From Mustelus asterias (Eukaryota): a stretch of 64,000 nt of DNA. A model generated the notes under the pieces. It saw only the letters and a list, made by a program, of their open reading frames with translations. It ran no database searches and was not told the DNA's origin. The translations under genes and the position numbers were made by a program. Location of the stretch: contig NW_027591003.1 of NCBI RefSeq assembly GCF_964213995.1, positions 1 to 64,000 of the forward strand, written 5' to 3'. Shown in pieces: positions 25,152-39,345 of this stretch. Position 1 is the stretch's first letter. Every line of letters starts with the position of its first letter.

Positions 25152-27659
25152 TGGCTTTTGCTACCAAATAAAGCTGTTGGACTTTAAGCTGGTGTTGTTA
25201 AACTTCTTACTGTGTTTACCCCAGTCCAACGCCGGCATCTCCACATCATGTTCTGCCTGAGTCGGAGGTGGGAGAAGATTCCATCAAGAGGAAATTGAAT
25301 GGGAAGCTGAAGGGAAAATATTGACAGGGTTACGGGGAGAGGGTGGTGGATTGGGAATAGTGAAACTGCTCTTGCAGTGTGTCGATCCAGGCTTGACGGG
25401 CTGAATGGCCTCCTGTGCTGTCACCGTTCTATGATTCACACACAAGTTAACTTCTCAGTGTCTATTAGGCCCCACTCGTTCCTCCATGATCAGTTCCAGC
25501 ATTTCAAGTTCAGATCCCAGTACTTTTTAGTTGGGGCATTGAGGAGTAAAACAGAAATAGGAATGAGAGTGTCGGTGCGCTTATGGTTTTGTATTTCTTT
25601 GTGTGTGTGTGTGTGAGAGAGAGAGACAGTTTCTAAGTGTGTGCAAGTGTCTATTTCATTGTGTGTTTCTGTGTGTGTGATTGTGTTTCTCTGCGTGTGT
25701 CTGTGAGTGAGTGTGTGTCTGTGTCTGTGTGTGTGTCTGTCTCTGTGTCTTTGTGCATGTGTGTCTGTGAGTGTGTGTGTCTCTCTGCGTGTGTGTTTGT
25801 GAGTGTCTGTGTGTCTCTCTCTTTGTGTGTGTGTGTCTATGAGTGTGTGTGTGTGTGTCTGTATCTCTGTGAGTGCGTCTGTGTGTGTGTCTATGAGTGT
25901 GTGTGTGTGTGTGTTTGTCATGAACTGTTTGAGTGGGGGAGCAGGCTCGATGGGTCAAATGGCCTCCAACTGCACATATTTGAGATTCAAATACATTGAN
26001 NNNNNNNNNNNNNNNNNNNNNNNNNNNNNNNNNNNNNNNNNNNNNNNNNNNNNNNNNNNNNNNNNNNNNNNNNNNNNNNNNNNNNNNNNNNNNNNNNNNN
26101 NNNNNNNNNNNNNNNNNNNNNNNNNNNNNNNNNNNNNNNNNNNNNNNNNNNNNNNNNNNNNNNNNNNNNNNNNNNNNNNNNNNNNNNNNNNNNNNNNNNN
26201 NNNNNNNNNNNNNNNNNNNNNNNNNNNNNNNNNNNNNNNNNNNNNNNNNNNNNNNNNNNNNNNNNNNNNNNNNNNNNNNNNNNNNNNNNNNNNNNNNNNN
26301 NNNNNATATTTATTGACCATTTAATGTGACTGAATGCTACACATCCTGGTTTGCCGATGACACAAAACATTAGACAGCATTGTAAGCAGCGTAGCTGGAA
26401 ACATTACATTGCAAAGAGTTATTCATATTTTGTACATGGACAAAGCTGGTGGAGAGGTTTCAGTGCAGGGAAATGTAAACTGACACAACTTAGATTTAAA
26501 AGGGATAGAACAACGTACTTTAATAAATGATGAAATGACAGAAACAGTGGAAGCTCCAAATGTCCAGATATTTCACAGCTGAATTCGCACAAAACACACA
26601 GCAATGGATCTGATATTGTGGAATTGTTGTAAATGTGGTTAATCTCAGTACGGAGGCTGTCTTCATGTTACAATGTTAATCTGATCACTCTCATCAAAAC
26701 AGGGTCAACATTTCTGTACAATGTGAGTGAATCATCAGCTCAAATAGTTCAGGTTCAATGTTTAAAATAACCAGTCACTTTTCTGTGGCTGCTTTGGGAA
26801 TGTCAGTGGAATGTAGTTTACAGTCAAGTGTGAACAATTGTATTGGGGAATAATTGGAAGCAGTTTCCATTGAGAGCTTCCTGCATTCTGGAAATGTGTG
26901 TGATCCATTCAGAGATAGGAAATGGACGGATGAATAAAGATGCAGTTTGTTGTTAATTACATGAGATTGTCTGCCTTGAAGATTCACAAGTTCCATGTGC
27001 TGAGAGAAAGGAATGATTAAACAATGTCTATAATTCAAATCCTTCAGACAAGTGAAAAAGCAGGAGAACAACTGAATCCACAAACGCTGCCACAGACAGT
27101 ATTCGAAGCTTCAACTTCATGTTTGAATGTGAAGGGCTGATTGAAATAAACAGGAGGCCACACTGGGATGCTGAGCAATTTGATTCCTGTTTTTCCTAAA
27201 CTTCAAAATAAAAATCTGTGATGAAACATTCCTTGGACAGAGCAGAGGGAATTTTACTCTGTATTTCGCCCATTCCAGTATTTGCGTTGGGAACATTTGA
27301 TGAACAGTGCAGATTAAACATTATTCTTAACCGCTGGAATTTAAGTTGGGGGCTGATTTAATCAAACATTGAAAATAATGAGGGAAAGGGAGAGGCTGAT
27401 AAAGAACAAGTTTTTCTGCTGGCTGGGAAGTCCAGGATTTGGGAATATTTGAATGTTAGCCTCAGTTTAGAATTTTAGAATTGTAGAAATGGAAACATTG
27501 CCAGATGTGGTGTGGAGTTAGTTTGAAACAATCTTCTGCAAATGGCTATTGATGCTCAGTCACTTGTTATTATTTTAAATCTGGGGTTGATAGATTTTCC
27601 TTCGTCCAAGGGGTTAAGAGACAGAGAGTTAGATCACAGATCAGCCAAGATCTTATTGA

Positions 27660-30600
27660 ATATTGGAACAGGCTTTCAGGAAGATTGTTCCAGATTCCAA
27701 ACACCCTCTTGATGAAGTGCTTTTCCTCACTTCACTTCTGATCCATTTCCCCATCATTTAGAATCTGTGCCCTCCAGTTCATGACCATCTCTTGAGAGGG
27801 AAGAGTTTCTCACTCTTTAACCTGTTGATACCCCTTAGGATCTTGAATCTCTCTCTCAAGTCTCACCTCAGCCTTCTTTCCTCCAAGGAAAACAGTCCCA
27901 ACCTCTCCAATCTACCCTCGTAGCTACGGATCTTATTCCCTGGAATCATTCTTGTGAATCTCCTCTGCACTCTCTCCAATGTCTTCACATCCCTCCTCAA
28001 GTATGGTGCCCAGAACTGGGCACAGTCTCCAGATGAGGCCTAACAAGTGTCTTATACAAGTTCAATATGAACTCCTTACTCTTGTCCTCAATCCCTCCAT
28101 TAATAAAAGCTGGGATACCATATACTTCATTTACTGCTCTCTCAAAGTGCCCTGCCACCTTCACTGACGTATGTACATATTAGAATCATAGAATCCCTAC
28201 AGTGCAGAAGGAGGCCATACAGCCCATCGAGCCTGCGCTGACAACATTCCCACCCAGGCCCTATCCCCGTGATGCAACGTATTTACCCTGATAATACTGG
28301 CATGAATTGAGAAATGGTTAACGGACAGAAAACAGAGCTTAGGTACAAATGGGTCATTTTCAGGGTGGCAGGCTGTGACCAGCGGCTTATCACAAGGATC
28401 AGTACTCGGGAGCCCAGCTATTCACAATCCATATAATTGATTTGGACGTTTGGGATCAAATGTAATATTTCCGAGTTTGCAGATGACATGAAAGCATTTG
28501 GAAGTGTGAGTTGTGAGGAGGATGTAGACTCTTCAAGGGGATGTGGGAGAGGCCGAATTAGTGGTGAAACCACACACGGAGTGTTGTGCACAGTTTTATC
28601 CTCTAACCTAAGGAAAGATATTCTTGTCCGAGAGGGACTTCAATGACATTTCACTGCATTAATTCCTGGGATGGAGGGATTGTCCTCTGAGGAAAGAAAA
28701 TGGACTTTTACTTTCTGCACTTGAGAAGCATGAGAGGTGACCTCATTCAAACTTGGACAATTCTTACAGGGCTCAGCAGGGTCGAGTCATAGAGGTTTAC
28801 AGCATGGAAACACGCTTTGGCCCAACTTGTCCATGCCGCCCAGTTTTTACCATTAAGCTAATCACAATTGCCTGTGTTTCGCCCATATCCCTCTATACCA
28901 ATCTTACCCATGTAACTGTCTAAATGCTTTTTAAAACATAAAATTGTACCCGCCCCTACTACTGCCCCTGGCAGCTCATTCCAGACACTCACCACCCTCT
29001 GTGTGAAAAGAATTGCCCTCTGGACCCTTTTGTATCTCTCCCCTCTCACCTTAAACCTATGCCCTCTAGTTTTAGACTCCCCTACCTTTGGGAGAAGATA
29101 TTGACTATCTCGCTGATCTATGCCCCTCATTATTTTACAGACCTCTATAAAATCACCCCTCAGTCTTCTACGCTACAGGGAAAAAAGTCCCAGTCTGTAC
29201 AACCTCTCCTTAAAACCCAAACCATCATGTCCCGGTAGCATCCTAGTAAATCTTTTTTGCACTCTTTCTAGTTTAATAATATCCATTCTAAAATAGGGTG
29301 ACCAGAACTGTACACAGTATTCCAAGCGTGGCCTTAACAATGTCTTGTACAACTTCAACAAGACGTCCCAACTCCTGTATTCAATGTTCTGACCAATGAA
29401 ACCAAGCATGCTGAATGGCTTCTTCACCACTCTGTCCACCTGTGACTCCACTGTCAAGAAGCTATGAACCTGTACCCCGAGATCTCTTTGTTCTATAACT
29501 CTCCCCAACCCCCAAACGTTAGCTGAGTAGATACAGGAAGGATGTTTCCCCCGGCTGGGGGCGGTGGAGGGGGGAGGGGGGGGCTGTCTAGAACCATGGC
29601 ATAGTCGCAGAGTAAGGGGGCAGGACATTTAGGACTGAAATAAGAACATAAGAAATAGGAGCAGGAGTAGGCCATCTAGCCCCTCGAGCCTGCCCCACCA
29701 TTCAATAAGATCATGGCTGATCTGAAGTGGATCAGTTCCACTTACCCGCCTGATCCCCATAACCTCTAATTCCCTTACTGATCAGGAATCCATCTCTCCG
29801 TGATTTAAACATATTCAACTAGGTAGCCTCCACCACTTCAGTGGGCAGAGAATTCCAGAGATTCACCACCCTCTGAGAGAAGAAGTTCCTCCTCAACTCT
29901 GTCCTAAACTGACCCCCCTTTATTTTGAGGCTGTGCCCTCTAGTTCTAGCTTCCTTTCTAAGTGGAAAGAATCTCTCCACCTCTACCCTATCCAGCCCCT
30001 TCATTATCTGAGAGGTCTCCATAAGATCCCCCCCTCAGCCTTCTAAATTCCAACCAGTACAAACCCAATCTGCTCAGTCTCTCCTGATCATCAACACCCC
30101 TCATCTCTGGTATCAACCTGGTGAACCTTCTCTGCACTCCCTCCAAGGCCAATATATCCTTCCGCAAATAAGGGGACCAATACTGCACACAGTATTCCAG
30201 CTGCGGCCTCACCAATGCCCTATACAGATGCAGCAAGACATCTCTGCTTTTATATTCTATCCCCCTTGCGATATCGGCCAACATCCCATTTGCCTTCTTG
30301 ATCACCTGTTGCACCTGCAGACTGGGTTTTTGCGTCTCATGCACAAGAACCCCCAGGTCCCTTTGCACAGTAGCATGTTGTAATTTCTTTCCATTTAGAT
30401 AATAATCCAATTTGCTATTATTTTCTCCAAAGTGAATAAACTCACATTTGTCAACATTATACTCCATCTGCCAGATCCTCGCCCACTCACTCAGCCTGTC
30501 CAAATCTCTCTGCAGACCTTCTACGCCCTCCGCACGATTCACTTTTCCACTTATCTTTGTGACATCTGCAAACTTTGTTACCCTACACTCAGTCCCCTCC

Positions 30601-33405
30601 TCCAGATCGTCTATATAAATGGTAAATAGTTGAGGCCCCAGTACCGATCCCTGCGGCACGCCACTAGTTACCATCCGCCAACCAGAAAAGCACCCATTTA
30701 TTCCGACTCTCTGCTTCCTGTGAGGAGGAATTTCTTCCCTCAGAGTCATCGAGTGGTACAGTGAAGAAAAGGCCCTTCGACCCATTGAGTCTGCACCAAC
30801 AGTAACTTCCACTAAAGTTGTGCTAATCCAATTTTCCATCTCTTGTACCATATCTTTGAATGTTGTGATGTTTCAAGTGCTCATCCAAATGCTTTTGAAA
30901 GGTTGTAAGGTTTCCGACCTCCACTGCTTCCCAGGCAGTACTTTCCTGATTCCCATCACCCTCTGAGTGAATGTTTTTCTCAACTCTCCTCTGAATCTCC
31001 TGCCCTTTCCCCTAAAACTACGTCCCCTCATGATTGACCCCTCAACCAAGGGGAACAGCTGTTTCCTATTCACCCTGTCCATACCCCTCATAATCTTATA
31101 CACCTCAATCAGCCTTCTCTGCTCTAAAGAAAACAATCCAAACCTTTCCAGTCTCTCCTTATAGCTCAAATACTCCATCCCAGGCAACTTGCTGCTGAGC
31201 CTCCTCTGTACCCCCTCTAGTGCTATCATATCCTTCCTCTGGTGTGGTGACCAGATCTGCACACGGTACTCCAGCTGTGGCCTAACCAACGCTCTGTACA
31301 ACTCCAACATTAACTCTTTGCTCTTCTACTCTGCGCCATGACTGATAAAAGCAAGTGTCTCATCTGCCTTCTTTACCACTTGATTCACCTGCTCTGCTGC
31401 CTTCAGGGATCTGTGAATAATTGCCCAAGATCCATATGTTCCTCTGAGCTTCCCAGTGTCCTGCAACTCATTAAATACTCCCTTGCCTTGTTACTGCTTC
31501 CAAAGTGCATCACCTCGCACCTATCAGGGTCAAATACCATCTGCCACTGCTCTGCCTATCTGACCAACCCAGCGATATCTTCCTGTAACCTACAACCTTC
31601 TTCACTATTAACCATCCTACCAATCTTGGTGTCATCTGGAACCTTGCTTATCATTGCCCCCGCATTATCATCTGTCTCATTTATGTATAACAACAATGAG
31701 CCCCCCAGCATGGAGCCTTGTGGTGCACCACTGGACACCGGCCTCCAGCCACTCAAACAGCCTTCCAACACCACCCTTTGTGTCCAATTACTAAACCAGT
31801 TTCGGATCCATCTCGCCAAGTTTTCCTGAATTCCATGTGCTTCTAGGATGGTAAATCTTTGGAATTCCCTATCCCAGAGGGCTGTGGAGGCTCAGTCATC
31901 GTTCACAGACTGAGATGGATAGGTTTCTACAGATTAAACATATTGCAAAGTTTCACCATCTGTGACCCCTTGTTCCAGCCTCTCTCCCCCCCCCCCCCCC
32001 CCGCCCCTCTCCCCACCCCTCTCCCCACCCCCTCAGCCCCTCAGCTGGAGGAAACAACATCCCTGTATTCAGTCAGTCCAACCCGGTCAGAATTTATACA
32101 TTTCAATTCGATCCCCTCTCATTCTTCGGAACTCCAGTGAATACAGGCCCAGTCGACTCAATCTCTCCTCATACGACAATCCTGCCATCCCAGGAATCAG
32201 TCTGGTGTGCCTCCGCTGCTCTCCCTCTATGGTAAGTGCAGCATTTCATAGTTACAGAGACAAAAACTGTACACAATATTCCAGGTGTGGTCTCACCGAG
32301 GGCCTGTACAGCTGCAGTAAGACATCCTTGCTCCTTTCCTCAAATTCTCTTGCAATGAAGGCCAACATATCATTTGCCTTCCTAACTGTTTGCTGTAGCT
32401 GCATGCTTGCTTTCAGTCTCTGGTGTACTGGGACACCCAGGTCCCTTTGTATATCAACATTTCCCAATCTATCACCATTTAAATAATTCTCTGCCATTCT
32501 GCTTCTCTATCCGAAGTAGTTAAATTCACGTTTGTCCACGTTATGCAGCATCTGCCACGCATTTACCCATTCACTCAATTTGCTGAAGTCACTGTGAAAC
32601 ATTTTAACATCCTTCTCACTACTCACATTCCCAACAAGTTTCATGGCATCAGCAAACTTGGAAATATTCTTTTTGGTTCCCTCATCCAAATCATTGGTGT
32701 ACATCTTGTGTGTGTCTCAATGTCAGCTCGGAAACATGTACAGCACAATCCCATCCTGTTTCTGTCTTTCTATGGCTCGGTATCTGTATGTCTCTCTCTC
32801 TGAAATTAGAATAAAGAAAATTACAGCACATGAACAGGCCCTTCGGCCCTCCAAGCCTGCACCAACCATGTGTGAACTAAAACCCCCTCCCCTTCCAGGG
32901 ACCATATCCCTCTATTCCCATCCTATTCTTGTATTTCTCCAGACGCCCCTTAAAACGCATTATTGTATCTGCTTCCACTACCTCTCCCAGCAGCGAGTTC
33001 CAGGCACCCACCACCCTCTGTGTAAAAAACTTGCCTTGTACATCTCCTTTAAACCTTGCCCCTCACACCTTAAACCTGTGCACCCTAGTAATTGACTCTT
33101 CAACCCTGGGAAAAAGCTCCTGACTATCCACTCTGTCCATGCCTCTTATAATCTTGTAGACTTCTATCATGTCACCCCCCCTTGCCTCCGTCATTCCAGT
33201 GAGAACAAACCAAGTTTCTCCAAACTCTCCTCATAGCTAATGCCCTCCATACCAGGCAACATCCTGGTAAATCTTTTCTGTACCCTCTCCAAAGCCTCCA
33301 CATCCTTCTAGTAGTGTGGCGACCAGAATTGAACACTATATTCCAAGTGCGGCCTAACAATGGTTCTATAAAGCTGCAACATGGCTTGCCAATTTTTAAA
33401 CTCAA
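27660..33405. mobile_element. Nest of CR1 LINE fragments (mostly minus)
   Basis: RT-like ORFs 29173-29628, 29988-30851, 30873-31310, 31556-31819, 32252-32497 and 32507-32704. Confidence 0.9.
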
Positions 33406-35299
33406 TGCATGTGGCGTCAAAAGTTTGCTTATTTCCTAAATAACACTGACAACATTTCAAAAGCGCTCCATTGTGGGTGAAACACTTTTGGAAACCCTAA
33501 AGCCATGAATAGTACTTTAGAAATGTCCATCCCCCAAGTTGCTGTGAGGACATTCAGAGTCAGTGTGTGACTTGGGTCAAAGATAGACCAGCGAGGTCTC
33601 TCCCTTAATGACATTGAGTGACTCTTTAGCTTTTTATGATGAGCAGAAACCTTTCATCTCTCTTGTGTCTAATTCATTCCAATTCTGTCCCTGACATTAA
33701 TCAGTTGTGACTTTCTGAAGGAGCTGGAATGTTCTCTCTGGCGACAGCGAATCCATTGAGAGGAGGATCAGGTGTGACCTTTCTCTCCTGGAATCCATGT
33801 TTCCTGTTTGTGTCTTGTAGATTGTGTGTGGAGAGAGCAGAGGGAAAAGGCTGAGTGGATTTGTAATGAACAGGGGTTTGCTTTCATTCACAAACTGGAG
33901 CTGAAGCCAACGTGTGCAGATGTGAAGAATGGAGATCAGAAAAGGACCATGGGTAGAATTGGAGACTATTCTGCCCATCCAGATGTGCTGTCTTTTTGGA
34001 AGAGTAATCGAGTTAATCTCTATTTACAGAGGGAGAAGGGATTCCTCCTCCATTATATATCTGTTTAGTTTTAGGCTGTCTGTGTGAGTGTTAGTGTGTG
34101 CATATTTTTCTCAATCTGCCTGTCTCTCAGTCCCCCTGGTCCCAGAATCTGTTTCTCTCTCCACAGATGCTGCCTGACCTGTTTGGTTTGTTCTTATTTT
34201 CTGTTTCAGTACCTGAGGAGTTGCGTATGGTGCTGAACATTGTGCAATCATCAGCGAACATCCCCACTTCAGACCTTGTGATGGAGGGAAGGCCAGTAAT
34301 GGAGCGGCTGAAGATGGTTGGGGCCTCGGACACTCACCCTGAGGAACTCCTGCAGGGACGTCCCGGGACTGAGAGGATCGGCTTTGAGATAATCGGCACC
34401 TTGGGGGAAAGGTTGAAAACCAGAGGATGCTGAATTCAGGTAAATGGCGACAGCGGCAACATGAGGAAATGTTTCTAACGTAGTGAGTGTCCAGTATCTG
34501 GAATGTACTGTCTGAGGGTGAGGTGGAAGCAGATTCCATCAAGGACTTCCAGGAGAAGTTGAATGGGAAGCTGAAGGGGAAATATTTACAGGGTCACGGG
34601 GAAAGGGTGGAGGAGTGGGAATAGTGACATTGCTCTTGCAGAGTGTCGCACTGGCTTGATGGGGCTGAATGGCCTCCTGTGCTGTCACCGTTCTATGATT
34701 CAGATGCAAGTTATCTTCTCAGTGTCTATTAGACCCCACCCTTTCCTCCATGATCAGTTACAGCATTTTAAGTTCAGATCCCAGACCGTTTTATTTGGGG
34801 ATTTGAGGAGTGATTTGTTTTCCAGCCTGGCCGAGAATTTGATGCTGTAACTGAAGCCACAATGGAATGATTCTGAGGTCAGATTATGATCCACTGAGAC
34901 ACAGCTGGCTCCGAGCTTCCCTGAAAAATGTCGCTGTTGTGTTCCCGGCCAGATGATTTCTCCGTCTTGTGTCGGCCGGCTGTGCCACAAGGATCTGGAC
35001 TTTGTTCCCAGATGTTCACAATGTTCATCAATGATTTGGATGTGGGGACCTAATGTAATATTTCCAAGTTTGCGGATGACACGAAGCTCGGTGGGAATGT
35101 GAGTTGTGAGGAAAATGCAAAGTGGCTTCAAGAGGATTTGGACAGACATTGTCTCTCAGTGCCTCTCTCAATCTGGCTCTCTCTTTCTCTCACTCTCCTT
35201 GACCCTGTCATCTGTTGGTCTCTGCATCTCTCGCTCTCTCTCACTCTGGAAATCTGTAAAAGCATATCCACTAATATGCACACAGACAGAAACATACAT

Positions 35300-35330
<31 letters not shown>

Positions 35331-37337
35331 TACGCGACTGTGAGAATTGTCACAGATCAATCCCAATATCAGTGAGTAATCTCCAATGCAATCGTTTGTG
35401 ACCAGGTTGTGCAACATGCATTGAAATGTGGCAATATGGAAGTTGGTTCACTCAGTTGGCTGGACAGTGGGTTTGAGATGCACAAAGTCTCCAACACGTC
35501 ATGAAAGCCCAACCCTTTCAACCTTTCCCCTGGCCTGAGGTGTGGTAAATCACCGCCAGTGAGTTCTCCCCCTCAAAGGGGAGAGCAGCAGATCGTCATC
35601 TGGGACTGTGGTCACTTTCCCTTTACGGATGTTCAACTTTATTTCCCTTCCTCAATTTCTGCTCATCTCCAAGAGACTCGAGTGAAATTCACCCAATCTT
35701 TCAACACCAATATTACACACACAATACTGGAGCAATTGGACATTTCACACAACACCCAATAGCTGGTAACAAGACCAAACAAAAACTGTTCCAAACAAGA
35801 GTGGTGGCACCAGCTGACCCACACAAATATATAACTTTAAAGGAATATTCGTCTATCCATCCAGCTGACTCTCTTTCTCTGTCTACCTAACAGAGAGATT
35901 TTTCAGTGCAGTAACAACTGAAACAGGGTAAAATGTAGGAATAAGAAAGACAGGAACTTGTGTAAAATAAAACTGAGACACAGGTGAGTTGAGTAATGAA
36001 TGAAACAAGGCCGAACACAGCAGTATCTCCGATGATGCTGAATGTAAGAGAAACAGATCAAATCTATTCCTGGGGAAGTGCAGCAACAGCTTAGAAATTG
36101 TCGGGTGTGGTGTAGATAGAGGCATGGCTGCGTGCGTCAATAACTGTGACTTCACTGAGTGCATTGGAAACAGTGACATAGTTGAGTGAAGCAATAACTA
36201 AGTAAAGACCAATTGTAGTATATACAGAGGGTTGGCCCCATGCATTAAGAAGAGAAACTGTATCTAGTTTCTAGGGGTGGCACAGTGGTTAGCACTGCAG
36301 CCTCTCAGCGCCAGGGACCCGGGTTCGATTCCCGACTTGCGTCACTGTCTGTGTGGAGTCTGCATGTTCTCCCCGTGTCTGGGTTTCCTCCGAGTGCTCC
36401 GGTTTCCTCCCACAGTCTGAAAGACATGCTGTTCGGTGGATTGGCCATGCTAAATTCTCCCTCAGTGAAGCCGAACAGCGCCGGAGTGTGGCAACTAGGG
36501 GATTTTCACAGCAACTTCATTGCAGTGTTAATGTAAGCCTACTTGTGACACTAATAAATAACATTGAAACTGTATAAAGTGTTATATACACAGATACAGT
36601 GCTGAGGTAAAGAGAAATGGAGACATGCTCCACATTCATTACCCAGACATGGTCTATTATTTTTTATAAAGAGTGACATGGTTAAATGCAGTGATAATTT
36701 AAGCAGGTCCCCTCCCTAACAGCACTGTGGGTGTACCTACACCACATAGACAGCAGCGGGTTCAAGACGGCAGCTCACCACCACCTTCTCCAGGGCAACT
36801 AGGAATGGGCAATAAATGCTGACCTAGCCAGTGACACCCACATCACAAGAATCAATAAATATTCATCTAACCCAGCACATTGTCCAATGAAATATCAATC
36901 CATACATGGTATTAATACAGTGAGAACTCAAAAAGGGTTGATTGTAGTGTCCACAGCAGCATGGTGTAATGTAGTATTCACTGAGACAACTGAGCGTATA
37001 AACAGCGACTGGGTTGAGTGCAGTGATAACTGGGAAAGGAGCGAATGTCCGGGATTCTCCGGCTGTTCACTCGTGGGGAATTCTCTGCTCTCGTTCCCCT
37101 GCCTCTGGTTTCCTGCTAGCGTGAGGTGACTTCAATGGGAAATCCCATTGACAGCGACAGGACCAAAAACTCCCCCTGCTAGTGAACGGTGTGTCACCTC
37201 TCACTGCCCAGAAAGCTGCTGAGGGGAGACTGGAGGATCCCAGAAACTATGTTAAAAATAGCCATATTGGCAACAGCAGGAAAATATTACATCCCAAACT
37301 CAGTAATATTCACAATGATATTCTCCAATCAGCTGAA

Positions 37338-38497
37338 GGGCAGAGATTATTGATACAAGGCCCAGATTGTAATAACTGAGAGAGGTTTCGGGCAGAGATT
37401 ACTGATACAAGGCCCAGATTGTAATTGCTGAGAGAGGTTTAGGGCAGAGATTACTGATACAAGGCCCAGATTGTAATAACAGAGAGAGGTTTCGGGCAGA
37501 GTTTACTGATACAAGGCCCAGATTGTAATAACTGAGAGAGGTTTAGGGCAGAGATTACTGATACAAGGCCCAGATTGTAATAACTGAGAGAGGTTTCAGG
37601 CAGAGATTACTGATACAAAGGCCAGATTGTAATAATTGAGAAAGGTTTATGGCAGAGATTACTGATACAAAGCCCAGATTGTAATAACTGAGAGAGGTTT
37701 AGGGCAGAGATTACTGATACAAGTCCCAGATTGTAATAACTGAGAGAGGTTTAGGGCAGAGATTACTGATACAAAGCCCAGATTGTAATAACAGATAGGT
37801 TTAGGGCAGAGATTACTGATACAAGTCCCAGATTGTAATAACTGAGAGAGGTTTCGGGCATAGTTTACTGATAGAAGGCCCAGATTGTAATAACAGAGAG
37901 AGGTTTCGGGCAGAGTTTACTGATACAAGGCCCAGATTGTAATAACTGAGAGAAGTTTCGGGCAGAGTTTACTGATACAAGGCCCAGATTGTAATAACTG
38001 AGAGAGGTTTAGGGCAGAGATTACTGATACAAGGCCCAAATTGTAATAACTGAGAGAGGTTTCGGGCAGAGATTACTGATACAAGGCCCAAATTGTAATA
38101 ACTGAGAGGTTTAGGGCAGAGATTACTGATACAAGTCCCAGATTGTAATAACTGAGAGAGGTTTCGGGCAGAGTTTACTGATACAGTGCCCAGATTGTAA
38201 TAACTGAGAGAGGTTTCGGGCAGAGTTTACTGATACAGTGCCCAGATTGTAATAACTGAGAGAGGTTTCGGGCAGAGATTACTGATACAAGGCCCATATT
38301 GTAATAACTGAGAGAGGTTTCGGGCAGAGATTACTGATACAAGGCCCAGATTGTAATAACTGAGAGAGGTTTAGGGCAGAGATTACTGATACAAGGCCCA
38401 GATTGTAATAACTGAGAGAGGTTTAGGGCAGAGATTACTGATACAAGGCCCAGATTGTAATAACTGAGAGAGGTTTCGGGCAGAGTTTACTGATACA
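37338..38497. repeat. 52-bp minisatellite, ~22 units
   Basis: Same unit as 21818-22302, expanded. Confidence 0.95.
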
Positions 38498-39031
38498 TGA
38501 TCCGGCAGGATTTACTGTTTGATAATCCAGCTGTTTGGCCCCGTTATGAGCACACCTTCCATGGCCATCAAGTCCGGAAGTCGGCCTTGAACCCTTGAAG
38601 AATGAGAGGCGATCCCATTGAAACAGACTTAAAATTCTTCCAGGGTGTGACAGGGTGGATGTAGATTGGATGTTTCCCCTGGCTGGTGAGACTAGAACCA
38701 GGGGACACAATCTCAGAATCAGGGGCAGACCATTGAAGACTGAGATGAGGAGGAATTTCTTCACTCAGAGGGTGGTGAATCTTTGGAATTTTCTATTCCA
38801 GGGGGATGTGGAAGCCCAATCATTCAGCATGTTCAAGAGGCAAATCGATTGTGTGAAATAAAATAGGAACCTGTGTGTGTGTGTTTGTGTGTGTGTTTGT
38901 GTGTGTGTATGTTTGTGTGTGTGTGTGTGTGCATGCGTGTTTGTGTGTGTGCGTGGACATGTTTCCGTGTGTGTTTATTACTGTGTGCGTCTGAGTGTTA
39001 CTGGGTGAGAATATCTGTTTCTGTGTGTTTT

Positions 39032-39345
39032 CATAGAATCCTAGACTCCTACAGTGCAGAAGGAGGCCATTTGGCCCATTGAGTCTGTACCGACCACAAT
39101 CCCACTCAGGCCCTATCCCCATTACCCCATGCATTTACCCAAGCTCGTCTCCCTGACGCGGAGGGACAATTTAGCACGGCCAATGCACCCGAACCAGAAC
39201 GTCTTTCAGACTGTGGGAGGAAACCGGAGCACCCGGAGGAAACCCACGCAGACACGGGGAGAACGTGCAAACTCCGCACAGACAGTGACCCAAGGTGGGA
39301 ACGGAACCCGAGTCCCTGGCACTGTGAGGCAGCAGTGCTAACTGT
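39032..39345 (-). mobile_element. HE1-type SINE within GT-rich simple repeats
   Basis: CATAGAATCC tail and V-domain on the minus strand. Confidence 0.8.

Noticed and set aside
29988-30851. Host or domesticated reverse transcriptase gene
   Set aside because: Truncated, frameshifted CR1 fragment among many similar copies.
37338-38497. CRISPR-like regular array
   Set aside because: Contiguous tandem units with no unique spacers, no cas genes, and vertebrate context.
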